Assembly: GCA_030647735.1 (NCBI GenBank)
Contig: JAUSIY010000056.1
Span: 4,243 to 28,242 of the forward strand
Length of the DNA stretch: 24,000 nucleotides
Origin: a bacterium
GTDB lineage: Bacteria > Patescibacteriota > Microgenomatia > CAZETR01 > Amesbacteraceae
Direction: 5' to 3'
The notes beneath the pieces are model-generated. The model made no database searches. It saw nothing but the letters and a program-made list of their open reading frames with translations, and was not told the DNA's origin. Position 1 is the first letter of the stretch, and each line of letters begins with the position of its first letter. Shown piece by piece: positions 1 to 8,422 of the stretch. A program made the translations under genes and the position numbers.

Positions 1-2
1 GG

Positions 3-470
3 GTACTGGCAGCTGCGACTCAGGTATACGGATATGAACCGGGGGACAATTCCAGTATTTCTGCCCAGGCAACTGCCGATGATGCCCGGGCCCTGATTAT
101 CAGAAATTATCTGGTTGGTTATAAGTCTCCCCTAGAACCGTTTGCCCAAGATATCGTGACGATTGCAGACAAATACAGCATGGATCCAAATCTCTTGGTA
201 GCTATTGCCCAGCAGGAATCCAATCTATGTAAACGCATCCCCCTCGATTCCCATAACTGTTGGGGTTTTGGCATTTACGGGGACAAGGTCACCCGCTTCG
301 ATTCCTATCCCCAGGCCATCGAGACCGTGGCTTCCACATTGAAAACCAAATACATTGATGACGGACTGGATACTCCGGAAAAGATTATGGCGCGTTACAC
401 CCCACCGTCAGTGGAAATCGGTGGCCCCTGGGCAATAGGGGTGCGCCAATTTATGGAAGAATTGCAGTAG
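3..470 (+). CDS. Partial (5' end outside window) lysozyme-like / lytic-transglycosylase-like domain protein
   Basis: Frame 3 is open from nt 3 with no stop before the GTG at 156, so the ORF runs off the window edge. The motif LLVAIAQQESNLC resembles the catalytic-Glu helix of SLT/lysozyme-like folds. Function is assigned from this motif only. Confidence 0.55.
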   Translation, partial: VLAAATQVYGYEPGDNSSISAQATADDARALIIRNYLVGYKSPLEPFAQDIVTIADKYSMDPNLLVAIAQQESNLCKRIPLDSHNCWGFGIYGDKVTRFDSYPQAIETVASTLKTKYIDDGLDTPEKIMARYTPPSVEIGGPWAIGVRQFMEELQ

Positions 471-1229
471 ATGGCCTTTTACGATGATACCCAGTACAGT
501 TACGATCTCTTCTGGGAAGGTAGAGAATACGAGCACCACAGTGAAGTCATGGCTTTGGAAAAACTATTGGGGGACAAAAAATTAAATGTAGTGGCAGACA
601 TCGGCGGCGGATACGGTCGGCTGACCCGCTGGTTGGCCGGGCACAGCCAGAAGGTGTACCTGGTTGAACCTTCTGCCAAAATGCGAAGTCTAGCCAAAAC
701 CCACCTGGCCAAATACCCTCAAGCCGTTATCCGACCCGGATCAGTAGGAGACACTAATCTGCCTCCTAAAAGCGTAGATGCAATCCTGTTGGTGCGGGTG
801 CTCCACCATCTCCCGGCTCCCGCCTCAGCCATAATTGAGTTGAGAAGAATTCTTAAACCCCACGGGTATTTAGTTTTGGAATTTGCCAATTCGGCGCATT
901 TTTTGCAGCGCTTAAAAAGCTGGCTGACCGGCAAGCCCATATTGCCGACAGCCACAGAAAGACGCAGCCCCCAACACATCGCCCAGGGGACTATTCCCTT
1001 CGTCAACCACCACCCGCTAACTGTGCAGAAACTATTGAAACGTCAGGGATTTGCGATAGTCAAAGTCCTGTCTGTGTCTAATTTTCGCCACCACATTTTT
1101 AAGAAATTAGTGCCATTTCGTACCCTTATCAGCCTAGAGTCATGGTGTCAGGAAAACCTAACGGGGCTATACTTTGGCCCCAGTATCTTTGTCCTGGCTC
1201 AGCGGCTTGACAGGAGTGTCGACCTATAG
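471..1229 (+). CDS. Class I SAM-dependent methyltransferase
   Basis: 252-aa ORF whose ATG immediately follows the upstream TAG. Motif I VADIGGGYGRLT, an acidic post-I residue (YLVEPS), LLVRVLHHL and LKPHGYLVLEF match the Methyltransf_11/25 pattern. Confidence 0.85.
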   Translation: MAFYDDTQYSYDLFWEGREYEHHSEVMALEKLLGDKKLNVVADIGGGYGRLTRWLAGHSQKVYLVEPSAKMRSLAKTHLAKYPQAVIRPGSVGDTNLPPKSVDAILLVRVLHHLPAPASAIIELRRILKPHGYLVLEFANSAHFLQRLKSWLTGKPILPTATERRSPQHIAQGTIPFVNHHPLTVQKLLKRQGFAIVKVLSVSNFRHHIFKKLVPFRTLISLESWCQENLTGLYFGPSIFVLAQRLDRSVDL

Positions 1230-1290
1230 TACAATCGGGCCAGGTCCTACGGTTTTACTCCTTGTGAGTGGGACGGTAGGATTTTGAAAA

Positions 1291-1327
1291 GCCTCGGCAT
1301 CGGGCAGGAGCCGGGGCTTTTTGTTTG
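1291..1327 (+). terminator. Rho-independent terminator after the methyltransferase gene
   Basis: An 8-bp stem, gcctcggc (1291-1298) pairing with gccggggc (1310-1317), has one G-U pair. It is followed by tttttgtttg. Confidence 0.55.
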
Positions 1328-1340
1328 TCTACAATACCAA

Positions 1341-1349
1341 TGCTAAAAT
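1341..1349 (+). promoter_or_regulatory. Extended -10 box (TGcTAAAAT) for tRNA-Leu
   Basis: TG at 1341-1342 and TAAAAT at 1344-1349, 11 nt before the tRNA 5' end at 1361. A weak -35 (TTGTTT, 1321-1326) sits at 17-nt spacing. Confidence 0.45.
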
Positions 1350-1360
1350 TAGCTGTACCT

Positions 1361-1444
1361 GGGCCGGTGGTGAAATGGTATACACGCAAGTTTTAGGAAC
1401 TTGTCCCGTAAGGGGTGGAGGTTCGACTCCTCTCCGGCCCACCA
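1361..1444 (+). tRNA. tRNA-Leu (anticodon UAG), class II with long variable arm, CCA encoded
   Basis: Hand-folded. Acceptor GGGCCGG/CCGGCCC, anticodon stem CAAGT/ACTTG, loop TTTAGGA (UAG followed by G37). Variable arm CCC-GTAA-GGG, T arm GGAGG-TTCGACT-CCTCT, discriminator A then CCA. Confidence 0.93.
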
Positions 1445-1515
1445 TTAAAGTACAATGATTTTGTGATCAAAACTTCTCGTGTTTTATCTTTTAAAACCTC
1501 GAGCTATTAGTTAGC

Positions 1516-1524
1516 TGGTATGAT
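1516..1524 (+). promoter_or_regulatory. Extended -10 box (TGgTATGAT) 6 nt upstream of ATG 1531
   Basis: TG at 1516-1517 and TATGAT at 1519-1524. Only tgaagt separates it from the ATG, with no Shine-Dalgarno sequence. This geometry implies a leaderless operon mRNA. Confidence 0.45.
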
Positions 1525-1530
1525 TGAAGT

Positions 1531-2274
1531 ATGAAGAAGTTGGCCTTGGGCATAATTGTATTTTTACTGGGAGCCACAGTCGTAGCAGCCCAATCAGCCG
1601 GCGATTTATTCAATTCAGCCGTCAATTACGGCACCAGCTATCGGACTGCATACCTAGCCTACGTTCAAGCCAAGAATCAATATCAGCAATATCACACCGG
1701 GGTCACCCGAGTGGAGGCCATATCCAAAACTAATGATGTCCTGGTTAAACGTAATCAATGGGTAATTGCATATCTGAAGTTTTTGCGCCAAACCCTGGCT
1801 GAAGTCACCAATATTGCTACTTATCCACAAACAGTCACTTACCTGGACTTGGAAAAAAATATTGCTGCTTTGGAAGGTTTAACCAGCTTGGGTGGCGGCG
1901 ATAATTTTGCCGCCATTAACACAGCTTCCCAAGATTGGGAAAAACAAATGACCCAGATGGATAGAATGGTTTTGGCGGCCCGGATGCAGGTATCTTCCAC
2001 CCGCCTAGCTAATTTCCAGGATCAATTAGCCGGATATCTGGACGCCTACCGGCAGGAGCACGCCACTCCTTCTGCCAGTCAGAAAACTACTCTGGATCTG
2101 ATTGGGGAGAAATTGAATTCCTCCGTGCAACTGCGCCAGCAAACTGATGCTCTGTTGGCCAAGTATCGCACTGGCTTTGTTTCCAATGCCAACTACGCTC
2201 AAGGACTGAACGATAGTCACCAGGCTCTAGTAGAATCGGCCAAGTTACTCAATGAACTTTCCCGCCAACCATGA
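1531..2274 (+). CDS. Secreted, predicted all-helical hypothetical protein (first gene of envelope operon)
   Basis: 247-aa ORF with an N-terminal signal/anchor (MKKLALGIIVFLLGATVVAAQSAG). The rest is Q/A/L-rich and helix-like. I recognise no family. Confidence 0.75.
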   Translation: MKKLALGIIVFLLGATVVAAQSAGDLFNSAVNYGTSYRTAYLAYVQAKNQYQQYHTGVTRVEAISKTNDVLVKRNQWVIAYLKFLRQTLAEVTNIATYPQTVTYLDLEKNIAALEGLTSLGGGDNFAAINTASQDWEKQMTQMDRMVLAARMQVSSTRLANFQDQLAGYLDAYRQEHATPSASQKTTLDLIGEKLNSSVQLRQQTDALLAKYRTGFVSNANYAQGLNDSHQALVESAKLLNELSRQP

Positions 2275-2543
2275 AACCCAAACTGAACATTTTTTGGTTG
2301 ATTCTGCCTTCGGTGGTATTCATTTTACTGGTCTCACTTGTTGTCCTGCGGTTCAGCCGCCGTCCGGAAAATTCTACTGAAGCTCCGGCTGTCTCACCCA
2401 CGCCGATTGTGTATCCGGCCCCCACCCCCATATCGGTTCAGGGTCTGCCGTCGCTGGTCAAACAAATTGATGGCTGGCAGGCCAATGACCCCCGGCTGGC
2501 TCCTCCGGTAGTTGATCGGAAAATCTCTTTACCTGAGGAATGA
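2271..2543 (+). CDS. Small N-terminally membrane-anchored protein
   Basis: 90-aa ORF with an ATGA overlap onto the upstream stop. One TM segment (IFWLILPSVVFILLVSLVVL) is followed by a Pro-rich extracytoplasmic tail. Confidence 0.6.
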   Translation: MKPKLNIFWLILPSVVFILLVSLVVLRFSRRPENSTEAPAVSPTPIVYPAPTPISVQGLPSLVKQIDGWQANDPRLAPPVVDRKISLPEE

Positions 2544-2557
2544 GGTAAAATTAGCCC

Positions 2558-4027
2558 ATGACTAAAGGCTGGAAGCGAGTTCTGGAAATATTACCCGGAT
2601 TTACCAGTTGGAATTTGATCCTGTTTTTGTTCTGGGGAGGCTACTTCTTTCCGGTATTCACCGCTTACTTCATTCTGGCCTTTGACGTCTTCTGGGTTTA
2701 CCGGGGCTTAACTTTGACTGTGGCAGCAGTATTAGCCCATTTTAAGATCCGGGCCTCAGAACACGTAGACTGGGTTAAGGAAATAAAAGAATTCGGTCCG
2801 GATTGGCGGAAGGTAAAACACATCATTATGATTATGGTGGCCAATGAACCGTATGAAGTGCCCTTAAAAACTGTCATTGCCCTCACTAAACAGACCTTAC
2901 CCTTAAACCAAATTGCCGTGGTGCTGGCCGCTGACGGGTGGTCTAAAGCAGCTTTCGAAAACTGCACCCGCATCCAGAAGCAATTCCAGAAGAAATTCGG
3001 AGCCTTCTTAGTCACCAACCATCCGGTCAATCTCCCAGGAGAAATTAAAGGCAAATCAGCTAACGAGGCCTGGGCAGCTAAAGTTGCTAAACGTATATTG
3101 GTGGATGAGAAAAAGTGGGATATGCGCTACTTAACCATTACCTCCAACGACGCAGACGCCATTTTAGACTTTCGTTATTTTGCCTGTCTGACTTTCAAGT
3201 TCTTAGACGATCCGGACCGGTATATTAAGTTCTGGCAGCCGGCCATCGTGTTTTACAACAACATTTGGAAAATCCCGGCCATGACTAGGGTGGTTAATAC
3301 CTTCGGTAACATCTGGCAGACAGGTCTGATAGCCCGCAAAGACCGGCTGATCAACTTTTCCAACTACTCTCTCTCCCTGCAACTGGCGGATGAAGTCGGC
3401 TACTGGGACACCGACGTTATTCCCGAAGACTACCGGATTTTCTTCAAAGCCTTTTTTGCCAAAGGGGGAGTGGTGGAAGTCGAACCCATCTTTTTGATGA
3501 GTTCAGCGGATGCTCCGGAATCGACTACCCGCTGGAAAACGTTTGTTAACGATTACAAGCAAAAACAACGCTGGGCCTGGGGGGTTTCCGATCTGCCCCT
3601 GTTTATTCAAATGTATGCCCGCAAACCCGGGGGATCATTTTTCAACAAAACTATCCGCATCCTGCGGGTGGTTGAAGACCACGTGCTGTGGCCGATTAAC
3701 TGGTTTTTCATTACTTTAGGAGTAACCATTGTAACCTTCATTAATCCGATCTTCGGCCGGACTACTTTGGGTTACGCCTTACCCCGGTCTTCTTCCTACT
3801 TACTCTCCATTACCCTGATATTTTTGGTCATCTTACTAATCGTTGAATACCGCCAGCGGCCGCACAGCGATGACGTGTCCAAATGGCGCCGATGGCTGTC
3901 GCCTCTGGAATTTGTGCTGATGCCCATTGCCGGATTTTTCTTTGCCTCTCTGCCGGGACTCGACGCTCACACCCGGTTGATGCTGGGCAGATATCTGGAA
4001 TACCGGGTGACCGAGAAGGTTGGTTGA
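2558..4027 (+). CDS. Membrane-embedded processive family-2 glycosyltransferase (cellulose/chitin/hyaluronan-synthase-like)
   Basis: 489 aa with GAGG 12 nt upstream of the ATG. Two N-terminal and at least three C-terminal TM helices flank a cytoplasmic domain. That domain carries SNDADAI (DxD), VIPEDYRIF (ED) and QKQRWAWG (QxxRW). Confidence 0.85.
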   Translation: MTKGWKRVLEILPGFTSWNLILFLFWGGYFFPVFTAYFILAFDVFWVYRGLTLTVAAVLAHFKIRASEHVDWVKEIKEFGPDWRKVKHIIMIMVANEPYEVPLKTVIALTKQTLPLNQIAVVLAADGWSKAAFENCTRIQKQFQKKFGAFLVTNHPVNLPGEIKGKSANEAWAAKVAKRILVDEKKWDMRYLTITSNDADAILDFRYFACLTFKFLDDPDRYIKFWQPAIVFYNNIWKIPAMTRVVNTFGNIWQTGLIARKDRLINFSNYSLSLQLADEVGYWDTDVIPEDYRIFFKAFFAKGGVVEVEPIFLMSSADAPESTTRWKTFVNDYKQKQRWAWGVSDLPLFIQMYARKPGGSFFNKTIRILRVVEDHVLWPINWFFITLGVTIVTFINPIFGRTTLGYALPRSSSYLLSITLIFLVILLIVEYRQRPHSDDVSKWRRWLSPLEFVLMPIAGFFFASLPGLDAHTRLMLGRYLEYRVTEKVG

Positions 4028-5468
4028 CAGGGAGAAGTTTACCCGTGACAATAAAAGCATGTGGCGATGGATACTGCGTAATGAAGCACTGTTGTTTATC
4101 CTCTTAGGAGTGGTTCTGTTACGTCTGCCCTCTCTGTTTGAGCCCTACTGGTACGGCGATGAAGGGGTATATTTAACCATCGGCCAGGCCTTGCGCCACG
4201 GGGTGCAACTGTACTCCGGCATTCACGACAACAAGCCTCCGTTTCTGTATTTAGTAGCCGCTATGGCTGACGGCTACCAGTTTTGGTTCAGATTCATAGC
4301 CCTGGTATGGAATATGGCTACAGTGACTGTTTTCTGGCAACTATGCAAAAGGTGGTTTAACGATTCCCGGCAGATGATCTGGACCACAGTTATCTTTGCC
4401 CTGCTGACCTGTATTCCCTTAATTGAAGGCAATATTGCCAATGCTGAGTTGTTTTTCCTACTACCTACTATCACAGCTTTTTACTGGTTGTACACCGGCC
4501 GGTCGTCCCTGGTGGGAGGACTGATTCTGGGACTGGCGGCGCTGTTTAAAATGCCGGCGGTTTTAGAGCTAGGCATCTGGCCCCTGTATTGGCTGGCCAC
4601 CCGGGAGAAAGGTTGGTTGGGTAAGTCAATAGGCTTGGGTATCGGAGCGGGTATTCCTCTGGCTGCCAGCGTCGCCTTTTATGCCAGTCAGGGAACCTTA
4701 TCCAGCTATCTGATTGCCAGCGGAGTGCAAAATATTCCTTATCTGTCTACCTGGGCCGCTCCGGTCAGTTTAACCTGGCGGGCCATGGTGGCGGCCGGAT
4801 TAGTAGCCACATTACTTGTGGTGCGCAAGCGGATTTCTCCTAAAGCTTTACTCATTGGTTTTTGGGGAGTAGTAACTTTGTTTGCCGCTTTATTATCCGG
4901 GCGGCCGTACCCTCACTATTTATTGCAAATGGCTCCGCTACTGGCTATGGGAGCGGCGGCTCTGGTGTGGGGTCGGGAAACGGAAAGATATGTAGCGGCC
5001 TCTCTGGTGGCGGTGCTGACGACCGCAATCATCGTCTTTCAGTTCTATGCTTATCCCACCGGCCGTTATTACGTCAACTTTTGGCAATGGGTAACCGGAA
5101 GCACCTCTAAATGGGCATATTTTGCTAAGTTTTCTCCCGATGTGGAGCGCAATTACAAAATTGCCGCCCTGGTAGACCAGGGCACAATGACTGATGAAAA
5201 GATTTTTGTCTGGGGTGACCAACCCATGATTTACGCTCTGGCCCGCCGGGCCCCGGTAGGGAAATATACAGTTAAATATCATGTATTGGATTTCCGGGCT
5301 CAGGCTGCCACCATAGCCCAGCTGGAACAGACTCCGCCCCGGTACATTGTCAGCTTTGGCAAAGAGAACGAACTGCCGGGACTAAATGATTTGTTGGCTG
5401 CTAAGTACAGACTGGTCGACCGTTTTTCCGAAGCTGGGGTATATCGGCTGTATAATAATCACCAGTGA
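4020..5468 (+). CDS. GT-C fold glycosyltransferase (ArnT/PMT, GT39/83-like) with C-terminal soluble domain
   Basis: 482-aa polytopic membrane protein. The first-loop acidic motif EPYWYGDEGVY and HDNKPPFLY are typical of polyprenyl-phosphate-sugar-dependent GT-C enzymes. An alternative in-frame ATG lies at 4059. Confidence 0.82.
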   Translation: MVDREKFTRDNKSMWRWILRNEALLFILLGVVLLRLPSLFEPYWYGDEGVYLTIGQALRHGVQLYSGIHDNKPPFLYLVAAMADGYQFWFRFIALVWNMATVTVFWQLCKRWFNDSRQMIWTTVIFALLTCIPLIEGNIANAELFFLLPTITAFYWLYTGRSSLVGGLILGLAALFKMPAVLELGIWPLYWLATREKGWLGKSIGLGIGAGIPLAASVAFYASQGTLSSYLIASGVQNIPYLSTWAAPVSLTWRAMVAAGLVATLLVVRKRISPKALLIGFWGVVTLFAALLSGRPYPHYLLQMAPLLAMGAAALVWGRETERYVAASLVAVLTTAIIVFQFYAYPTGRYYVNFWQWVTGSTSKWAYFAKFSPDVERNYKIAALVDQGTMTDEKIFVWGDQPMIYALARRAPVGKYTVKYHVLDFRAQAATIAQLEQTPPRYIVSFGKENELPGLNDLLAAKYRLVDRFSEAGVYRLYNNHQ

Positions 5469-5791
5469 AGCAATTGACTTTCGGTCTGATTTGGGTGACT
5501 GCTGTGAGCTTGGTAGTTACTTGTGGATTGCTGTTAGTGTATCGGACTATTCTGCCGCCGCAGGTACCTCTGTGGTACAGCCAGCCCTGGGGACAGGAAC
5601 AACTGGCGTCCCCTTACTGGTTGTGGTCAGTGCCCGGATTAATCGGAGTTATGGCCGCAGTTGGCTGGTGGGGTAGTAAGTTCTTGGCCGGAGAGAAATT
5701 ACTGGCCCAGTTGTGGATGGCCACAGCCATAGTTGTTGAAGGCATTCTGGCTTTAGCGGCGGTGCGGATTATATGGTTAATAGTTTTCTAA
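5465..5791 (+). CDS. Small 3-TM membrane protein
   Basis: 108 aa with a GTGA overlap onto the upstream stop. It has three hydrophobic segments and a Trp-rich loop. I recognise no family. Confidence 0.6.
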   Translation: MKQLTFGLIWVTAVSLVVTCGLLLVYRTILPPQVPLWYSQPWGQEQLASPYWLWSVPGLIGVMAAVGWWGSKFLAGEKLLAQLWMATAIVVEGILALAAVRIIWLIVF

Positions 5792-6876
5792 TTCCTCTCA
5801 TTGTAGCCGCCGGAGTTTCGGCTCTGGTAACCGGAGTGGTAGTCAGATTTGCCCGCCGGCTGCAAATTATTGACAATCCTAAAGCCCAGCGTCAGGCCAA
5901 AAATGTGGTCCATGACCGCCCGGTTCCCCGGGGAGGCGGATTGCCCATTTTTGTGGCTTTATTGGTAGGAGTCATGATCTTTATTCCGGGATCGGGTCGC
6001 ATTTGGGCGGTAGTCATCGGAGCGGCAGTCCTGGCCGTTACCGGATTTATTGACGACCGGTTTCAGGAAAAAGTCTCCCCTTATGCCAGACTAGGCATAA
6101 ATATTTTGGCAGCTCTAATTGTAGTAGCTTCGGGAGTAGGTATTGCGTATATCAATAATCCTTTTGGGGGAGCAATCCGTCTGGATCAGCCGCAATACTG
6201 TATTAACCTGGCCGGGGACAGTCATTGTCTGTGGCTCTTGGCTGACGTCTTTGCTCTGTTGTGGCTGGTCGGGATGCAAAATATTGTCGGCTGGTCGAGC
6301 GGAGTAGACGGGCAATTACCGGGCTTTGTAGCCATTGCCGCCATAACCATGGCCCTGTTGGGCTTGCGCTTTGGTCTGGATCCCAGTCAGACACCGGTAA
6401 TTATTCTGGGAGCGATTACCGCCGGAGCATACCTGGGTTTTTTACCCTGGAACTGGTACCCGCAGAAAATCATGCCGGGTTACGGCGGCAAAAGTCTGGC
6501 CGGATTTTTGCTGGGAGTGCTGGCTATTTTGTCGGTAGCCAAAGTGGGGGCTCTGGTGATGGTTCTGGGTTTGCCTCTGGTTGACGGAACGCTGGTAGTT
6601 ATCAAAAGACTTCGGGAAGGCCGGTCGCCGGTGTGGGGCGGATATGAACATTTTCACCACTATCTGTTGGACCGGGGTTGGGGCCGGCGGCGCATTGCCG
6701 CCTTCTACTGGGGAGTCTCTGCGGTGCTATCCATAATGGCTTTAAATTTGAAAGCCGGGTCTAAGTACTTTACAATGGTGGCAGTTTTACTAGTATTCGG
6801 AGGAATCATCTGGTGGCTACATCAATTCTCGACTTTGTCAAAACAGCCCGACCGCGCCAATGGGTCAAAAACCTGA
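5773..6876 (+). CDS. Polyprenyl-phosphate N-acetylhexosamine-1-phosphate transferase (WecA/TagO/MraY family, PF00953-like)
   Basis: 367-aa polytopic protein. Motifs: HDRPVPRGGGLPIF (WecA-type rather than the MraY PTMGG), GFIDDRF, NIVGWSSGVDGQ (NxxNxxDGxDG-like). Confidence 0.86.
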   Translation: MVNSFLIPLIVAAGVSALVTGVVVRFARRLQIIDNPKAQRQAKNVVHDRPVPRGGGLPIFVALLVGVMIFIPGSGRIWAVVIGAAVLAVTGFIDDRFQEKVSPYARLGINILAALIVVASGVGIAYINNPFGGAIRLDQPQYCINLAGDSHCLWLLADVFALLWLVGMQNIVGWSSGVDGQLPGFVAIAAITMALLGLRFGLDPSQTPVIILGAITAGAYLGFLPWNWYPQKIMPGYGGKSLAGFLLGVLAILSVAKVGALVMVLGLPLVDGTLVVIKRLREGRSPVWGGYEHFHHYLLDRGWGRRRIAAFYWGVSAVLSIMALNLKAGSKYFTMVAVLLVFGGIIWWLHQFSTLSKQPDRANGSKT

Positions 6877-7760
6877 TTCTGTTTTCGGCCCTGATTTTTA
6901 CCGGTAATGCTTTTTCAACCACTCTGTTCTGGCAAAACTTCCGGATAGTTACCTCAGCCGTATTGGCCTTCACCGTCATTGCCGGGTCCATTTATTACCT
7001 CAATGACGTTATTGACGTCAAAGCTGATAGGGCCCATCCGTTCAAAAAAAACCGGCCCATTGCCGCTGGGAGAATTCCCAGAAGCGTGGCCCTGACCATT
7101 TTCTTTTTAGGTTCCATTGTGGGCTTGGGTTGGGCTTGGAGTCTGTCCTTCCTGTTCTTTTTAGTAGCTATAAGCTACTGGGCATTACAGATTCTCTACT
7201 CTTTGTGGCTGAAAAACCAGGAAGTGGTAGATGTGTTTGTCATCGCTCTGGGCTTTTTCCTGCGGGTGTTTGCCGGAGCGATTGTAATTAATGCTCACTT
7301 GTCCATTTGGTTTTTATTGTGCGTCATTTCAGTATCGCTGTTTCTGGCTGTAGGTAAACGCCGGGCGGAACTGGCCATTCTTACCGAACAGGGAGCCGTT
7401 ACCCATCGCAACGTCATGGGTAAATACACCACCGTTATTTTGGACAGCTACTTAACCATGTTTGCCACTTCTTCATTTCTGTCCTGGGCTCTATTCACCT
7501 TTAACTTTTACGAACAATTTCAGACCACGGTACCTACCACTTTAATCTTGCTGTCTAAGACTTTAACCATCAACAAGTGGTTAATGGCCAGTATTCCGGT
7601 CGTCATTTTCGGCATCATGCGCTACATCCGCATAGTCTATGATGGAGCCCGGGCCGAAACACCGGAGAAAGTGATTCTCTCCGATTTGCCGCTTTTGATA
7701 TCTGTCGCCACTTGGGGTCTGATCGTGATCGGGGTGTTGTACTGGAGTCCGTTGCAATAG
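6813..7760 (+). CDS. UbiA-superfamily polyprenyl-phosphate 5-phosphoribosyltransferase (DPPR synthase, Rv3806c-like)
   Basis: 315 aa. The N-terminal ARPRQWVKNLILFSALIF signature and YYLNDVIDVKADRAHPFKKNRPIAAG (NDxxDxxxD plus KxRPxxxG) are present. The GTG start overlaps the upstream gene by 64 nt. Confidence 0.82.
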   Translation: MATSILDFVKTARPRQWVKNLILFSALIFTGNAFSTTLFWQNFRIVTSAVLAFTVIAGSIYYLNDVIDVKADRAHPFKKNRPIAAGRIPRSVALTIFFLGSIVGLGWAWSLSFLFFLVAISYWALQILYSLWLKNQEVVDVFVIALGFFLRVFAGAIVINAHLSIWFLLCVISVSLFLAVGKRRAELAILTEQGAVTHRNVMGKYTTVILDSYLTMFATSSFLSWALFTFNFYEQFQTTVPTTLILLSKTLTINKWLMASIPVVIFGIMRYIRIVYDGARAETPEKVILSDLPLLISVATWGLIVIGVLYWSPLQ

Positions 7761-7766
7761 AAGACC

Positions 7767-8417
7767 TTAATTAAACTTGCTCCACTTACCTTCTGAAATT
7801 ACTTCTATTTTATCTCCGCGAACCATAAGAGCAGTCTCGTCATCCACAGCGTAGATAGGCTCCGTTAAGTCTTTGGCCGCATCCTCCAGATATTGCTTTC
7901 TAATTTTTGGAAAATACTTAGAGTTCAGGTGAGGAATAAACTGAAAATTGACTAACCCCAGCCCCTTCTCAATTTTCAGATTATACTTCTCTCCAAATAA
8001 GTTTTGGACCGAGTTGTATATTGTAGGACCGGCAATGCAACTCCCTGCGCTTATTCCCGCATACACTCTGGTTTTAAGAAGATCGGGAAGCATTTTTTCT
8101 AAACCCGACTCTTTAACCCAATGCATTAAATGAAAAGTGTTTCCTCCTCCCAAAAATAAGACATTTGCCAGCTCAAGTCTGGGTTTCCAAATTTCTTGCG
8201 GAAGTGCTGAAATGTCCACAATATCGACTGAGTTATAATCCTGCCGTCTGAGATTGGTGTAATCGTCAATCAGCCAGCCCTTATCACCCTCTTCAACATT
8301 TGATGCAGTGGGAATAAAAGCGATTTTTATTTCATGACTAGGTAGTCCAACCAAGTTACTAAATGCTTCAGCAATTTTGTTATTAGTTAACCCGGCAGAG
8401 GTTAAGAATAATTTCAT
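7767..8417 (-). CDS. Peptidase S51 family (dipeptidase E-like)
   Basis: 216 aa. MKLFLTSAG, IAFIPTAS, LFLGGGNTFHL and the nucleophile context YAGISAGSCIAG match peptidase E-like proteins. It is convergent with the DPPR-synthase gene with only a 6-nt gap. Confidence 0.85.
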   Translation of the reverse strand: MKLFLTSAGLTNNKIAEAFSNLVGLPSHEIKIAFIPTASNVEEGDKGWLIDDYTNLRRQDYNSVDIVDISALPQEIWKPRLELANVLFLGGGNTFHLMHWVKESGLEKMLPDLLKTRVYAGISAGSCIAGPTIYNSVQNLFGEKYNLKIEKGLGLVNFQFIPHLNSKYFPKIRKQYLEDAAKDLTEPIYAVDDETALMVRGDKIEVISEGKWSKFN

Positions 8418-8422
8418 ATTAT

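Noticed and set aside
500-1006. - strand ORFs 500..712 and 719..1006
   Set aside because: They lie antisense to the methyltransferase gene, which has clear SAM-binding motifs, and have no features of their own.
1236-1290. Small complementary segments (tcctac / gtagga) between the methyltransferase stop and its terminator
   Set aside because: The stem is short and imperfect, with no conserved-looking loop or associated signal. It is adequately explained as part of the 3' UTR.
6813-7760. Possibility that the UbiA-family gene is a quinone (MenA/UbiA) or haem O prenyltransferase
   Set aside because: The N-terminal RPRQWVKNLILF motif, the NDVIDVKADRAHPFKKNRPIAAG spacing and the glycosyltransferase neighbourhood fit the DPPR-synthase subgroup as I know it. 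This remains to be confirmed by phylogeny.
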